DNA from: Minisyncoccota bacterium
GTDB lineage: Bacteria; Patescibacteriota; Minisyncoccia; Phycocordibacterales; JAACPR01
DNA length: 50,248 nucleotides
Assembly (NCBI GenBank): GCA_035327525.1
Contig: DAOLDC010000001.1
Location: 1-50,248, forward strand
Direction: 5' to 3'
Made by a program: the position numbers and the translations under genes. Each line of letters starts with the position of its first letter. Position 1 is the stretch's first letter. The notes beneath the pieces were generated by a model that ran no database searches, was not told the origin of the DNA, and saw only the letters and a program-made list of their open reading frames with translations. Of the stretch, positions 37,349 through 46,562 are shown in pieces.

Positions 37349-37909
37349 ATGAATGAAAAATTACAAAATCAAATAGAAAGTATTTTGTTTTGGAAATCAG
37401 AACCAGTAACTTTTTTTGAACTTGCAAAACTTTTGAGCTTCCCAATAGACGAAATAAAAAAAGAAGTAACTAATTTATCAGAAAAGTTAAGTGGTCGAGG
37501 TGTTGTGCTTGTATCTACAAATGACGAGGTTTGTTTAATGACCTCACCAGAAAATTCAGAACTTATTTCGAAATTGCAAAAAGAAGAATTAAGCAAGGAT
37601 TTAAGTCGTGCTACAATAGAAACATTGAGTATAATCTTGTACAGAGGACCAATCAAAAGATCAGAAATAGATTATATAAGAGGCGTGAATTCACAATTTA
37701 CTATCAGAAATTTGCTTATTCGTGGCCTAATTTCAAAAATAACAGACCCAAAAGACGAAAGAGTCTTTCTTTATCAAACAACAATAGAAACATTGGCTCA
37801 TATGGGTCTACAAAACATAAAAGATTTGCCAGATTATAGTAATGTAAATAGTGATATTGATAAATTTTTAAATCAAGAAGATAAAAATGAAAATGTTGAA
37901 AAAAATTAA
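37349..37909 (+). CDS. scpB: Segregation and condensation protein B
   Basis: IESILFWKSEPVTFFELAKLL and LSRATIETLSIILYRGPIKRSEIDYIRGV. Confidence 0.85.
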   Translation: MNEKLQNQIESILFWKSEPVTFFELAKLLSFPIDEIKKEVTNLSEKLSGRGVVLVSTNDEVCLMTSPENSELISKLQKEELSKDLSRATIETLSIILYRGPIKRSEIDYIRGVNSQFTIRNLLIRGLISKITDPKDERVFLYQTTIETLAHMGLQNIKDLPDYSNVNSDIDKFLNQEDKNENVEKN

Positions 37910-38825
37910 CAGAAAAAAAGAAATATTATATTCAGTAACGCTAATCTTGGTACCTTTGGTTTTGTTTTTTTCTGCAATATTTTTGTTAAATCCAAACCAA
38001 ACAGAAACAGTCGTCAATGATTTGCAAGAACAATTTGTAACACCAAAAAATTATTTTTTCGACAATATAAACATACTTGCAAGATCTGCAATTGTGAAAG
38101 ATTTGAACACGGGCGAAATTATTTATGAAAAAAATTCTGATATACAATTACCGCTTGCATCTATTACAAAAGTTTTGACAGCACTAACATTCGAAATTAC
38201 ATCCAACGCGGAATATGTTCAGATTTCTAGTGAAGATTTACTGGAATACGGTGATAACTTTCTTTCATTAGGAGAAAGGTTCAGGAGAAATGATCTAATA
38301 AATTTTATGCTACTGACATCATCAAATGATTCCGCTGCCGCATTGGCATCAAACTCATTTGGCTCATACAGATCAACGTCGAATGATTTTGTTGAAAAAA
38401 TGAATCAGGTGGCAAAAACGGCAAATATGAATAATTCCTATTTTTCAAATCCAACCGGATTAGATAAGGATGCCAATACGGCTGGAGCTCATGGGACAGC
38501 TAGAGATGTGGCAAATTTGTTTGAGTACACAATAAAAAATTATCCACATATAATGGATCAAACAAAAAACGAAAGCTTGAAAATAATATCATTGAATGGC
38601 TATGTTCATAACATTAGAAATACAAATCAATCAGTTGGAGTTCTACCAAATATATTAGCCTCAAAAACAGGTTTTACTGATTTGGCTGGCGGCAATCTGG
38701 CGGTAGTAATCGATCCAGCACTGAATCGTCCAATTGTTATTGTTGTTTTGGGCTCAACAAACGACGGTCGATTTGACGATGTAAAAATTCTATCGGAAAA
38801 AACAATAGAATATTTGAAATTATAA
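37887..38825 (+). CDS. D-alanyl-D-alanine carboxypeptidase (peptidase S11, PBP5-like)
   Basis: SxxK (ASITK), SxN (SSND), KTG (SKTGFT). N-terminal signal anchor. Overlaps scpB by 23 nt. Confidence 0.85.
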   Translation: MKMLKKINRKKEILYSVTLILVPLVLFFSAIFLLNPNQTETVVNDLQEQFVTPKNYFFDNINILARSAIVKDLNTGEIIYEKNSDIQLPLASITKVLTALTFEITSNAEYVQISSEDLLEYGDNFLSLGERFRRNDLINFMLLTSSNDSAAALASNSFGSYRSTSNDFVEKMNQVAKTANMNNSYFSNPTGLDKDANTAGAHGTARDVANLFEYTIKNYPHIMDQTKNESLKIISLNGYVHNIRNTNQSVGVLPNILASKTGFTDLAGGNLAVVIDPALNRPIVIVVLGSTNDGRFDDVKILSEKTIEYLKL

Positions 38826-38842
38826 TATATAATCAAAGATAT

Positions 38843-39916
38843 ATGATATTGGATGTAGTTAAAATAATATTACCAACCGCACTAACTTTTTTTGTTGGAA
38901 TTCTGATTACTCCAATAATTACTGATTTTTTGTATAAAAATAAAATGTGGAAAAGAACAGCTGGTAAGGTTGATACCAATGGTCAAACCGCAACAGTTTT
39001 TAACAAATTTCACAAAGAGGGCGAAACAAAAACACCCAGAATGGGTGGTATTGTAATATGGCTAAGCGTTTTTTTTGTAATTGTAATTGTCTGGATTTTT
39101 TCAAAAATTCTACCATTCGAAATTTTTCAAAAACTTGATTTTTTAAGTAGAAATCAAACATGGATACCACTGGCAGCAATGTTGATCGGAGCCGTAGTTG
39201 GGTTGGTCGACGATTTTTTTGAAATAAAGGGAACTATCGACGGAATATCGGGTGGCATTTCATCAAAAAAAAGATTGTTAATCGTCGGCCTAATTGCTTT
39301 GCTGGTCGCATCTTGGTTTTTTTTCAAGCTTGATATTGGAAGTATAAATTTTCCATTTCAGAATTCTATATATATCGGTTTTTTGATAATACCGCTGTTT
39401 GTTCTGGTTTCAATATTGATATATTCTGGAGGTGTTATTGACGGGCTTGACGGTTTGTCAGGTGGGATTTTTGCAATTATGTTTTCTGCATATGGGATAA
39501 TTGCATTTTCACTTGGACAAATTGACTTGGCAGCCTTCTGCGGAGCGATTGTCGGAGGAACACTAGCTTTTTTGTGGTTCAATATTCCTCCAGCCAGATT
39601 TTATATGACAGAAACGGGTTCTATGGCATTGACTATTGTTTTGGCGATAGTTGCTTTCATGACCGATTATTTGGGTGGGGGAATCGGGTTATTGGTACTT
39701 CCAATAATTGCATTTCCACTTCTTGCAACTGCAGGATCATCCTTTATTCAAATAATGTCAAAAAAATACAGAAATGGTAAAAAAGTATTTTTGGCAGCTC
39801 CGATACATTATCATTTTGAAGCAATGGGCTGGCCTTCCTACAAAATAGTTATGAGATATTGGATATTTTCGGTCATTTTGGCTACTGTGGGTATTGTTTT
39901 TGCACTTTTGGCATAG
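38843..39916 (+). CDS. mraY: Phospho-N-acetylmuramoyl-pentapeptide-transferase
   Basis: KTPRMGGI, VDDFFEIKG, VIDGLDGLSGG, about 10 TM segments. Confidence 0.93.
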   Translation: MILDVVKIILPTALTFFVGILITPIITDFLYKNKMWKRTAGKVDTNGQTATVFNKFHKEGETKTPRMGGIVIWLSVFFVIVIVWIFSKILPFEIFQKLDFLSRNQTWIPLAAMLIGAVVGLVDDFFEIKGTIDGISGGISSKKRLLIVGLIALLVASWFFFKLDIGSINFPFQNSIYIGFLIIPLFVLVSILIYSGGVIDGLDGLSGGIFAIMFSAYGIIAFSLGQIDLAAFCGAIVGGTLAFLWFNIPPARFYMTETGSMALTIVLAIVAFMTDYLGGGIGLLVLPIIAFPLLATAGSSFIQIMSKKYRNGKKVFLAAPIHYHFEAMGWPSYKIVMRYWIFSVILATVGIVFALLA

Positions 39917-39949
39917 GTTTTTTGTCAAAAATATGAGATACTATTTTTG

Positions 39950-41050
39950 ATGTTAAAAAATAGTCCAACAAATAAACTTCTACTTTTTAATATTATTGCC
40001 CTGATGTCATTTGGCTTTTTTATATTTCTATCAGCATCTCTAGGTTTGTTGGCAAAGAGTGGTGCAAAATATTCTTCAATTGTCTTGAATCAAATATTTT
40101 TTGGGATAATTGCTGGCGGAATTATTGTTTATATTAATTCAATTATTCCATATAAGTTTTGGAAAATGGTATCATTTTGGCTTTTTATTTCGGCATGGCT
40201 TCTAACTCTTTTGGTTTTTGTACCTCAAATTGGATTGGAAGTTTCTGGTGCCAAAAGGTGGCTTCTGCTTGGGCCAATATCGTTTCAACCTAGTGAGTTT
40301 TTGAAAATTGCTTACGTTATTTATTTGGCTGTATGGTTATCAGTTGCAAGAGAAAAAATAAGAACATTCCAGTACGGAACATTACCATTCATTATTTTGA
40401 CAATATTATCTACTGGACTATTATTTTTTCAACCAGATAATGATACAGCATTAGTTATGTTGATAACTGGTGGAATTATGTATTTTGTAGCTGGTGCAAA
40501 CCTAAAACATATTTTGCCAGTTGCGATTTTGATTATAATTGCTTTTTCTGTTGTATTGATAAGTCGTCCGTATGTTGTCGAGCGCCTGAAAACCTTTATA
40601 GATCCATCCGCAGACATATCTTCTACTGGATATCAGGTTGATCAATCACTAATCGCGATCGGTTCCGGTGGTTTTTTTGGTAGAGGGTTTGGCCAAAGTT
40701 TGCAAAAATTTGATTTATTACCAGAACCCATCGGCGATTCAATTTTTGCTGTAGCAGGTGAAGAGTTTGGTTTTTTGGGTGGAATTTTTATAATTTTACT
40801 TTTTGTTACACTTCTTATTCAAACCACCAGACTGAGTATTCTGTCAAAAGATACTTTTGGTGGACTGCTTATGCTTGGTTTTGGTATACTGATAGTTACC
40901 CAATCATTTATAAATATTGCCTCAATGCTGGGAGTATTTCCACTTTCTGGCTTGCCATTACTATTTATAAGTCACGGTGGTACAGCATTATTTTTTACCC
41001 TTTTTGCATCTGGAATAATGTTAAATATATCCAGGTTTAATAATCAATAA
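39950..41050 (+). CDS. ftsW: SEDS-family peptidoglycan polymerase FtsW/RodA
   Basis: FQPSEFLKIAYVIYLA, PDNDTAL, SGLPLLFISHGGT. Lies between mraY and murG. Confidence 0.88.
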   Translation: MLKNSPTNKLLLFNIIALMSFGFFIFLSASLGLLAKSGAKYSSIVLNQIFFGIIAGGIIVYINSIIPYKFWKMVSFWLFISAWLLTLLVFVPQIGLEVSGAKRWLLLGPISFQPSEFLKIAYVIYLAVWLSVAREKIRTFQYGTLPFIILTILSTGLLFFQPDNDTALVMLITGGIMYFVAGANLKHILPVAILIIIAFSVVLISRPYVVERLKTFIDPSADISSTGYQVDQSLIAIGSGGFFGRGFGQSLQKFDLLPEPIGDSIFAVAGEEFGFLGGIFIILLFVTLLIQTTRLSILSKDTFGGLLMLGFGILIVTQSFINIASMLGVFPLSGLPLLFISHGGTALFFTLFASGIMLNISRFNNQ

Positions 41051-41075
41051 TTACTTAATAATAAATAATTCAATC

Positions 41076-42197
41076 ATGAAAATAGTTTTTACAGGGGGAG
41101 TAACTGGTGGTCATTTTTATCCAATAATTGCAGTCGCAGAAGCAATTAGGGAAATTTGTAAAGCAAAGAAAATAATAGAGCCAAATCTGTATTTTTTTGC
41201 GCCAGACCCTTATAACGAAAAATTATTATTTGATAACAAGATAATTTATAAAAAAATTCCAGCCGGAAAAATGCGTATTTATTTTTCCATTCTAAATTTT
41301 AGTGATTGGTTTGTAACTGTTACTGGTATAATTAGGGCATTGTGGACCATGTTCTGGTTATATCCAGATGTTGTTTTTAGTAAAGGAGGATCTGGAAGTT
41401 TTCCGGTTTTGTTTGCCGCAAAGATGCTAGGAATACCAATAATAATTCATGAATCAGATAGTGCTCCCGGTCGAGCAAATCTATATTTTGCAAAAAGTGC
41501 AAAAAAAATCGCAGTTTCTTATCCTGAAGCCGCAGACTTTTTTCCAAAAGATAAAACCGCATGGACTGGTAATCCAATTAGAAAATCACTAAGAATACCC
41601 GTAACTGACGGGGCAGCAGAATATTTGGGCCTAAAGAAAAATATTCCTACAATTTTGATCTTGGGCGGATCACAGGGTTCAGAAATTATTAATAATATGA
41701 TACTGGATTCATTACCTGTATTGGTTGAAAAATACCAAGTTATACATCAAGTTGGAAAAAATAATTTTGAGGATTTCAGAAAAATTTCAGATATCACACT
41801 AAAAAATTCTCAAACAAAAGAGAGATACAAACTATATTCATATCTTGACGACTTGGCGATGAAAATGTCAGCAGGCGCTGCAGATCTAGTTATCAGTCGC
41901 GCCGGATCAACCATTTTTGAAATAGCAAATTGGAAAAAACCAAGTATTCTAATACCGATATCTGAATCGAATAACGACCATCAGCGAAAAAATGCATACA
42001 TTTATGCTAGAACTGGTGCAGCAATAGTCATGGAGGAATCAAATATGTCTGACAACATTCTCCTGGAGGAAATAGAAAGAATATTGGATAATTCCGAAAT
42101 AAAAAATAAAATGATAGAATCAGCAAGATCATTTACAAAGGATAATTCCGCAGAAATAATTGCAGAAGAAATTTTGCTTTTGGGTATAAAACACTAA
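41076..42197 (+). CDS. murG: UDP-N-acetylglucosamine--N-acetylmuramyl-(pentapeptide) pyrophosphoryl-undecaprenol GlcNAc transferase
   Basis: GGVTGGHFYPIIAVAEA, IIHESDSAPG, ILGGSQGS, SRAGSTIFEI. Confidence 0.93.
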   Translation: MKIVFTGGVTGGHFYPIIAVAEAIREICKAKKIIEPNLYFFAPDPYNEKLLFDNKIIYKKIPAGKMRIYFSILNFSDWFVTVTGIIRALWTMFWLYPDVVFSKGGSGSFPVLFAAKMLGIPIIIHESDSAPGRANLYFAKSAKKIAVSYPEAADFFPKDKTAWTGNPIRKSLRIPVTDGAAEYLGLKKNIPTILILGGSQGSEIINNMILDSLPVLVEKYQVIHQVGKNNFEDFRKISDITLKNSQTKERYKLYSYLDDLAMKMSAGAADLVISRAGSTIFEIANWKKPSILIPISESNNDHQRKNAYIYARTGAAIVMEESNMSDNILLEEIERILDNSEIKNKMIESARSFTKDNSAEIIAEEILLLGIKH

Positions 42198-42199
42198 AA

Positions 42200-43549
42200 A
42201 TGTCAGAAAAAAATAATCAAAAAGTAGTTACAAGATTTGCTCCGTCACCAACCGGTGTTTTACATATTGGAAATACTAGAACTGCTTTTTTTAATTATTT
42301 ATTTGCAAAAAAATATGACGGGAAATTTATTTTGAGAGTTGAGGATACTGACACAGAGAGAAGTAAAAAAGAATACGAAGAAAACATAAAAGAATCAATG
42401 AATTGGCTCGGGTTGGATTATGATGAATTTTATCGGCAATCTGACAGATCAGAAATTTATAAAGAATATTTACAGAAGTTGATTGATTCTGGAAACGCAT
42501 ATATTTCTAAAGAATCTACCGGCGATAGAACCGAAGTAATTCGATTCAAAAATCCAAACAAAAAAATTACCTTTGATGATATGATCCGGGGACCAATTAC
42601 TTTTGACACACAGGAATTGGGTGATTTTGTCATTGCAAAATCACTAACAGAGCCACTATATCATTTGGCAGTTGTGGTTGATGATCACCAAATGGGTATT
42701 ACCCATATAATTCGTGGAGAAGACGGCATTTCTAATACTCCTAGACAAATCCTCATTCAAGATGGAATCGGCGCAATTAAGCCAAAATACGCTCATTTAC
42801 CACTAATTTTGGGCCAGGATAAGTCAAAACTATCAAAGAGGCATGGCGCTGTTTCTATAACAGAATACAGGAATTTGGGCTATATAAAAGAGGCTATTTT
42901 GAATCATTTGGCGATGCTAAGCTGGAATCCTGGAACTGATCAAGAGATTTTTACTATGAATGAGTTAATAAAGGAATTTTCTGTAGAAAAAATTAACAAA
43001 AGCGCAGCAGTCTTTAATATCGAAAAATTGGATTGGTTTAACAAAGAACACTTGAAAAAGGTAGATCAAACAGAATTAAATAATCTAATTTTAGAAAAGT
43101 TAAAAAGAATATCAGGATTCGATTATAATAATGCAGAGAAAATTCAAAAACTTTTACCAATAATAAAAGAAAGACTTTCAAAAATATCAGATATTGATAA
43201 AATGATATCTGATGGGGAATTGGAATATTTTTTCAATTTACCAAAATATGAAATAGAAAAAATAATTTGGAAAAAATCCGACAAAAAAGACACAATAGAA
43301 TATTTGTCAGAAATTTTATCAAGATTACAAAATTCCTCAGAAGACAATTTTTCTAGCACGGAAAATATAAAAAATATTATTTGGGATTATGCTGAACAAA
43401 AGGGAAGAGGTCAAGTTTTGTGGCCACTAAGATTTTCTCTATCTGGTAGAGAAAAAAGTCCAGATCCTTTTACTCTTGTTTTTGTTCTTGGCAAAACTGA
43501 CACTATCAATCGAATAAAAATTGCAATTTCAAATTTAAATGAAGAATAA
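42200..43549 (+). CDS. gltX: Glutamate--tRNA ligase
   Basis: VTRFAPSPTGVLHIGNTRTAFFNY and KLSKRHG. Confidence 0.93.
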   Translation: MSEKNNQKVVTRFAPSPTGVLHIGNTRTAFFNYLFAKKYDGKFILRVEDTDTERSKKEYEENIKESMNWLGLDYDEFYRQSDRSEIYKEYLQKLIDSGNAYISKESTGDRTEVIRFKNPNKKITFDDMIRGPITFDTQELGDFVIAKSLTEPLYHLAVVVDDHQMGITHIIRGEDGISNTPRQILIQDGIGAIKPKYAHLPLILGQDKSKLSKRHGAVSITEYRNLGYIKEAILNHLAMLSWNPGTDQEIFTMNELIKEFSVEKINKSAAVFNIEKLDWFNKEHLKKVDQTELNNLILEKLKRISGFDYNNAEKIQKLLPIIKERLSKISDIDKMISDGELEYFFNLPKYEIEKIIWKKSDKKDTIEYLSEILSRLQNSSEDNFSSTENIKNIIWDYAEQKGRGQVLWPLRFSLSGREKSPDPFTLVFVLGKTDTINRIKIAISNLNEE

Positions 43550-44858
43550 AAATATATACAGATTAATAAAATTTTTTTCACTAACTTTATTTTTTGTGTT
43601 TTTTTTACCATACAATACTAGCGCATCAACTACCGAAATTAATAGACTGAATGAACAGATAGATCAAAAAAGAAATGAACTTCAAGAAATTGATCGTGAA
43701 ATAGAAAGACAAAAACAGGCTATTCAAGCAACTTCTGGCAGAGCAAATACTTTACAAAATACACTACAACAATTAGAGGCCAGTAGAAGAAAATTGTTAA
43801 CAGATATTAGTCGGACAGAAACAAGGATTTTGGAGGCCGAATTAACAATTGAAAAACTCTCGCTAGAAATTTTGGAAAAAGATAAATTTATCAAACATTC
43901 ATCAAAAACAATCGCTGAATCGATCAGAAGAATGAATCAATATGAGTCAATTTCTGCTGTAGAAAGGATATTGGGCTATCAATCAATATCGGATTTTTGG
44001 ATGAATTTGGAGCAAGATTACATATTTCAGGACAGAGTTCGTAATGAAATTAATTCATTAATCAAAGCAAAACAGGATTTGGAATTGAGGGAACAAGAAA
44101 AAGAAATTGAAAAAAAAGAATTAGCAACTTTTCGTGTTGAATTATCAAGCGAAAGACAATCAGTAGAACATACAAGAAATCAACAAGCAGAATTATTACA
44201 GAGAACAAAAAACGAAGAAGCGGAATATCAGAGAATTTTGGCAGAAAATCTTCGAAGAAAGCAGGCTTTCGAAAATGATTTGTTAGAAATTGAATCAAAA
44301 TTAAAAATATTGATTGATCCAAAATCATATCCTGCGGCCAGAAGCGGTATTATTTCTTGGCCATTAGATAATATTCGAATTACCCAGATGTTTGGAGGAT
44401 CTCAATTTGCTCAAACCAATCCACATATATATGGCAGGCCTTTTCACCCCGGAACTGACTTTGCTGCTCCAATTGGAACTAGAGTAAAATCTGTTTATAA
44501 CGGAAAGGTGATTGCGTTGGGAAATACCGATGATTATCCTGGTTGTTATGCGTGGGGAAGATGGATTCTGGTTGAACATACAAACGGACTATCGTCGTTG
44601 TATGCACACTTATCAAGTATTTCTGTCACTGTCGGACAACAGGTTACAACTGGTCAGGTTATTGGATTATCTGGAAATACTGGTGTTACAACAGGACCAC
44701 ATCTACACTTGACATTGTATGCTTCTCAAGGTGTAAAAGTCGGAAAATACGGCGATTATAGACCGGGTGGAACTGGTTGTGCGGCAACAAATGCAACTGG
44801 ACCGTTTGCCGATCTAAATGCGTATTTGGATCCAATACAATATTTACCAAAACAATAA
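43539..44858 (+). CDS. Secreted M23 metallopeptidase with a long coiled coil (EnvC-like architecture)
   Basis: Signal peptide, about 230 aa of heptad-rich Q/E/R/L sequence, then HPGTDFAAPIGTRV and GNTGVTTGPHLHL. Confidence 0.88.
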   Translation: MKNKNIYRLIKFFSLTLFFVFFLPYNTSASTTEINRLNEQIDQKRNELQEIDREIERQKQAIQATSGRANTLQNTLQQLEASRRKLLTDISRTETRILEAELTIEKLSLEILEKDKFIKHSSKTIAESIRRMNQYESISAVERILGYQSISDFWMNLEQDYIFQDRVRNEINSLIKAKQDLELREQEKEIEKKELATFRVELSSERQSVEHTRNQQAELLQRTKNEEAEYQRILAENLRRKQAFENDLLEIESKLKILIDPKSYPAARSGIISWPLDNIRITQMFGGSQFAQTNPHIYGRPFHPGTDFAAPIGTRVKSVYNGKVIALGNTDDYPGCYAWGRWILVEHTNGLSSLYAHLSSISVTVGQQVTTGQVIGLSGNTGVTTGPHLHLTLYASQGVKVGKYGDYRPGGTGCAATNATGPFADLNAYLDPIQYLPKQ

Positions 44859-44909
44859 ATATCAACACTAGGTATAACTTATAATTATTTATGATAAAAT
44901 ATAGAAGAT

Positions 44910-45140
44910 ATGAAAAAAAATAAAAACAAATCCTCGGGTTTTATACATGCGATAATATTATTAATAATTGCATTGGTTGTAGCATCATTGTTTGGATATG
45001 GACCGCAATATATATGGGATCAATTTTTGGCACCAATATTTATTTTTGCCTGGGATATAATTGTTGCGATTGTTAACTTTGTATCAAATCTAATCAAAAA
45101 AATCATTGAGATATCAAATATATTAAATTGGTTCAATTAA
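44910..45140 (+). CDS. Hypothetical small membrane protein (2 TM)
   Basis: 76 aa with two hydrophobic segments. TGaTAAAAT at 44892-44900. Confidence 0.45.
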   Translation: MKKNKNKSSGFIHAIILLIIALVVASLFGYGPQYIWDQFLAPIFIFAWDIIVAIVNFVSNLIKKIIEISNILNWFN

Positions 45141-45364
45141 TTCGTTGTTGAACAGGAAGGTTATTTGTATCAAACAATCGGATCCATTTATCGAATTCTT
45201 ACTTTATTGGTATCTAAGTAGTATTTATAGTGTATAGTGTCGCAAAAGATATATTGTGCGACATAGTATCACCTTGGACAATGCACCCTTATTTCGTAAT
45301 CATCTATATCATCTCATCTATCTTTTATAATTCGCAAATACACCTAAAATTATTTTAATTATTT

Positions 45365-45401
45365 AAAAAAACAAAAAACACTCACATAGTTTTGTGAATG
45401 T
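45365..45401 (-). terminator. Rho-independent terminator for the minus-strand gene 45446-45814
   Basis: Minus strand reads acattcac-aaaactat-gtgagtgt followed by ttttttgttttttt. A second, all-A/T hairpin (AAATTTATTA / TAATAAATTT) lies at 45409-45434. Confidence 0.7.
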
Positions 45402-45445
45402 CTTTTGAAAATTTATTATTTTTTTAATAAATTTATTTTTTTAGA

Positions 45446-45814
45446 TTAGTTTGCAAAAGCAACTTCTCTAACCTTGTTCCAACATTTTGATGAATGAACC
45501 CACGGTCTTGTACCCTGAGTATCGTATAGATATTGGGCATACGCCATGTTACCTTCTATTGAGTAGATGTTATAACCTAATCTAATAGCGGTATCCGCAT
45601 GATATTTTTCGTTAATTTGCATAACTCCAACATCAGCAGGATTCACTCTCCCCCTCAGTACTGACCCTGTAGAATCCGAATGTCTAAATCCAGATTCACA
45701 ACGAGCGATTTCTATCATGATTGGTGTATCGCTAAAATTGTTCTCTACGATCTCTTTTGTTGTTTTGAGTTTTTTGGGTTCTGTTTCGGTATTTTTGATT
45801 TCTGTATTGACCAC
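45446..45814 (-). CDS. Lytic-transglycosylase-like (SLT-type) small secreted protein. The open frame continues upstream to 45937.
   Basis: IEIARCESGFRH...DVGVMQINEKYH...AYAQYLY. The track start is a GTG. The same frame stays open for 41 more codons and encodes a signal peptide (LIIHLAIGISLLFASANA) with no canonical start codon. See the finding. Confidence 0.7.
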   Translation of the reverse strand: MVNTEIKNTETEPKKLKTTKEIVENNFSDTPIMIEIARCESGFRHSDSTGSVLRGRVNPADVGVMQINEKYHADTAIRLGYNIYSIEGNMAYAQYLYDTQGTRPWVHSSKCWNKVREVAFAN

Positions 45815-46016
45815 TTCAGTGGCCTGCTCTGTTCTGACACTGTCTGTTTTTTGGTTTTTGGAAATATCAAATATTTGATTAGCATTTGCTGATGCAAATA
45901 AAAGTGATATTCCTATGGCAAGATGTATAATAAGTTTTTATTTAATTTCAATCTGTGCATACATCCGTTATATCGAACACAGGTTCTAGGTTTTTCTTGT
46001 TTACAAGGCCTAGAAC

Positions 46017-46042
46017 TAAAAAAACTCAAGCAATGCTTGAGT
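46017..46042 (-). terminator. Rho-independent terminator for the minus-strand gene 46138-46509
   Basis: Minus strand reads actcaagc-att-gcttgagt followed by ttttttt. Confidence 0.7.
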
Positions 46043-46137
46043 TAGTAATATGATAGCAAAATTGAATTGTTTTGTCAATCAAAAAACTGAATAAAATTTT
46101 ATATTAGTTGACATCAAAATATGGCTCTAAATATAGT

Positions 46138-46509
46138 TTATTTGCAATTTGCTGCGACACTATACCCTGCCTCCTCCGCTTTATTTTTGTCTGAAAAAAA
46201 TATTTTATTTTCCTCTTTTATTCTAGAAACACCCGAACAATGCAAGAAATAGTATTTTGTTCCGTTTTTTGAGGCAACAATCGTGCCTTTTTGATTATTT
46301 TCTGTCTGATTATTGGGGATTTGTGGTTGATTTGTTGGATTTTTGGATAATGTTTCAGAAAAATCGACATAGAAGTCGTTTGAGATTACTATGTCCTCAT
46401 TATTATTATGCTTTTTTATTGATAATATCAAAAAAATATCAACAGGTAGCAGAATTGCTGATAATAGTAACAGGCACTTGATTTTTAAACTGATTTGTTT
46501 TAAACTCAT
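46138..46509 (-). CDS. Membrane-anchored protein with an N/Q/P-rich linker and a small C-terminal Ada-type metal-binding-like domain
   Basis: Signal anchor KCLLLLSAILLPVDIFLILSI. C-terminal KYYFLHCSGVSRIKEENKIFFSDKNKAEEAGYSVAANC fits the YH..C....I...N...F.s...A...GY..C pattern. ATG 46509 is preceded by TATATT with a 6-nt gap. Confidence 0.5.
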   Translation of the reverse strand: MSLKQISLKIKCLLLLSAILLPVDIFLILSIKKHNNNEDIVISNDFYVDFSETLSKNPTNQPQIPNNQTENNQKGTIVASKNGTKYYFLHCSGVSRIKEENKIFFSDKNKAEEAGYSVAANCK

Positions 46510-46562
46510 ATAACTAATATAAATTAGCAAACAGAGTTAAAATCTGATTAAAATATCAAAAT

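Noticed and set aside
38540-38548. Perfect DnaA box TTATCCACA, considered as a possible replication origin.
   Set aside because: It is a single copy inside the dac coding sequence, with no cluster of boxes, no adjacent AT-rich unwinding element and no dnaA or dnaN nearby.
44910-45140. N-terminus KSSGFIHAIILLIIALVV of the 76-aa protein as a prepilin (G/F cleavage site plus hydrophobic helix).
   Set aside because: It lacks the Glu at position +5 and the usual FTLIE-like context, has a second TM segment and is too short for a pilin globular domain. A generic small membrane protein is more likely.
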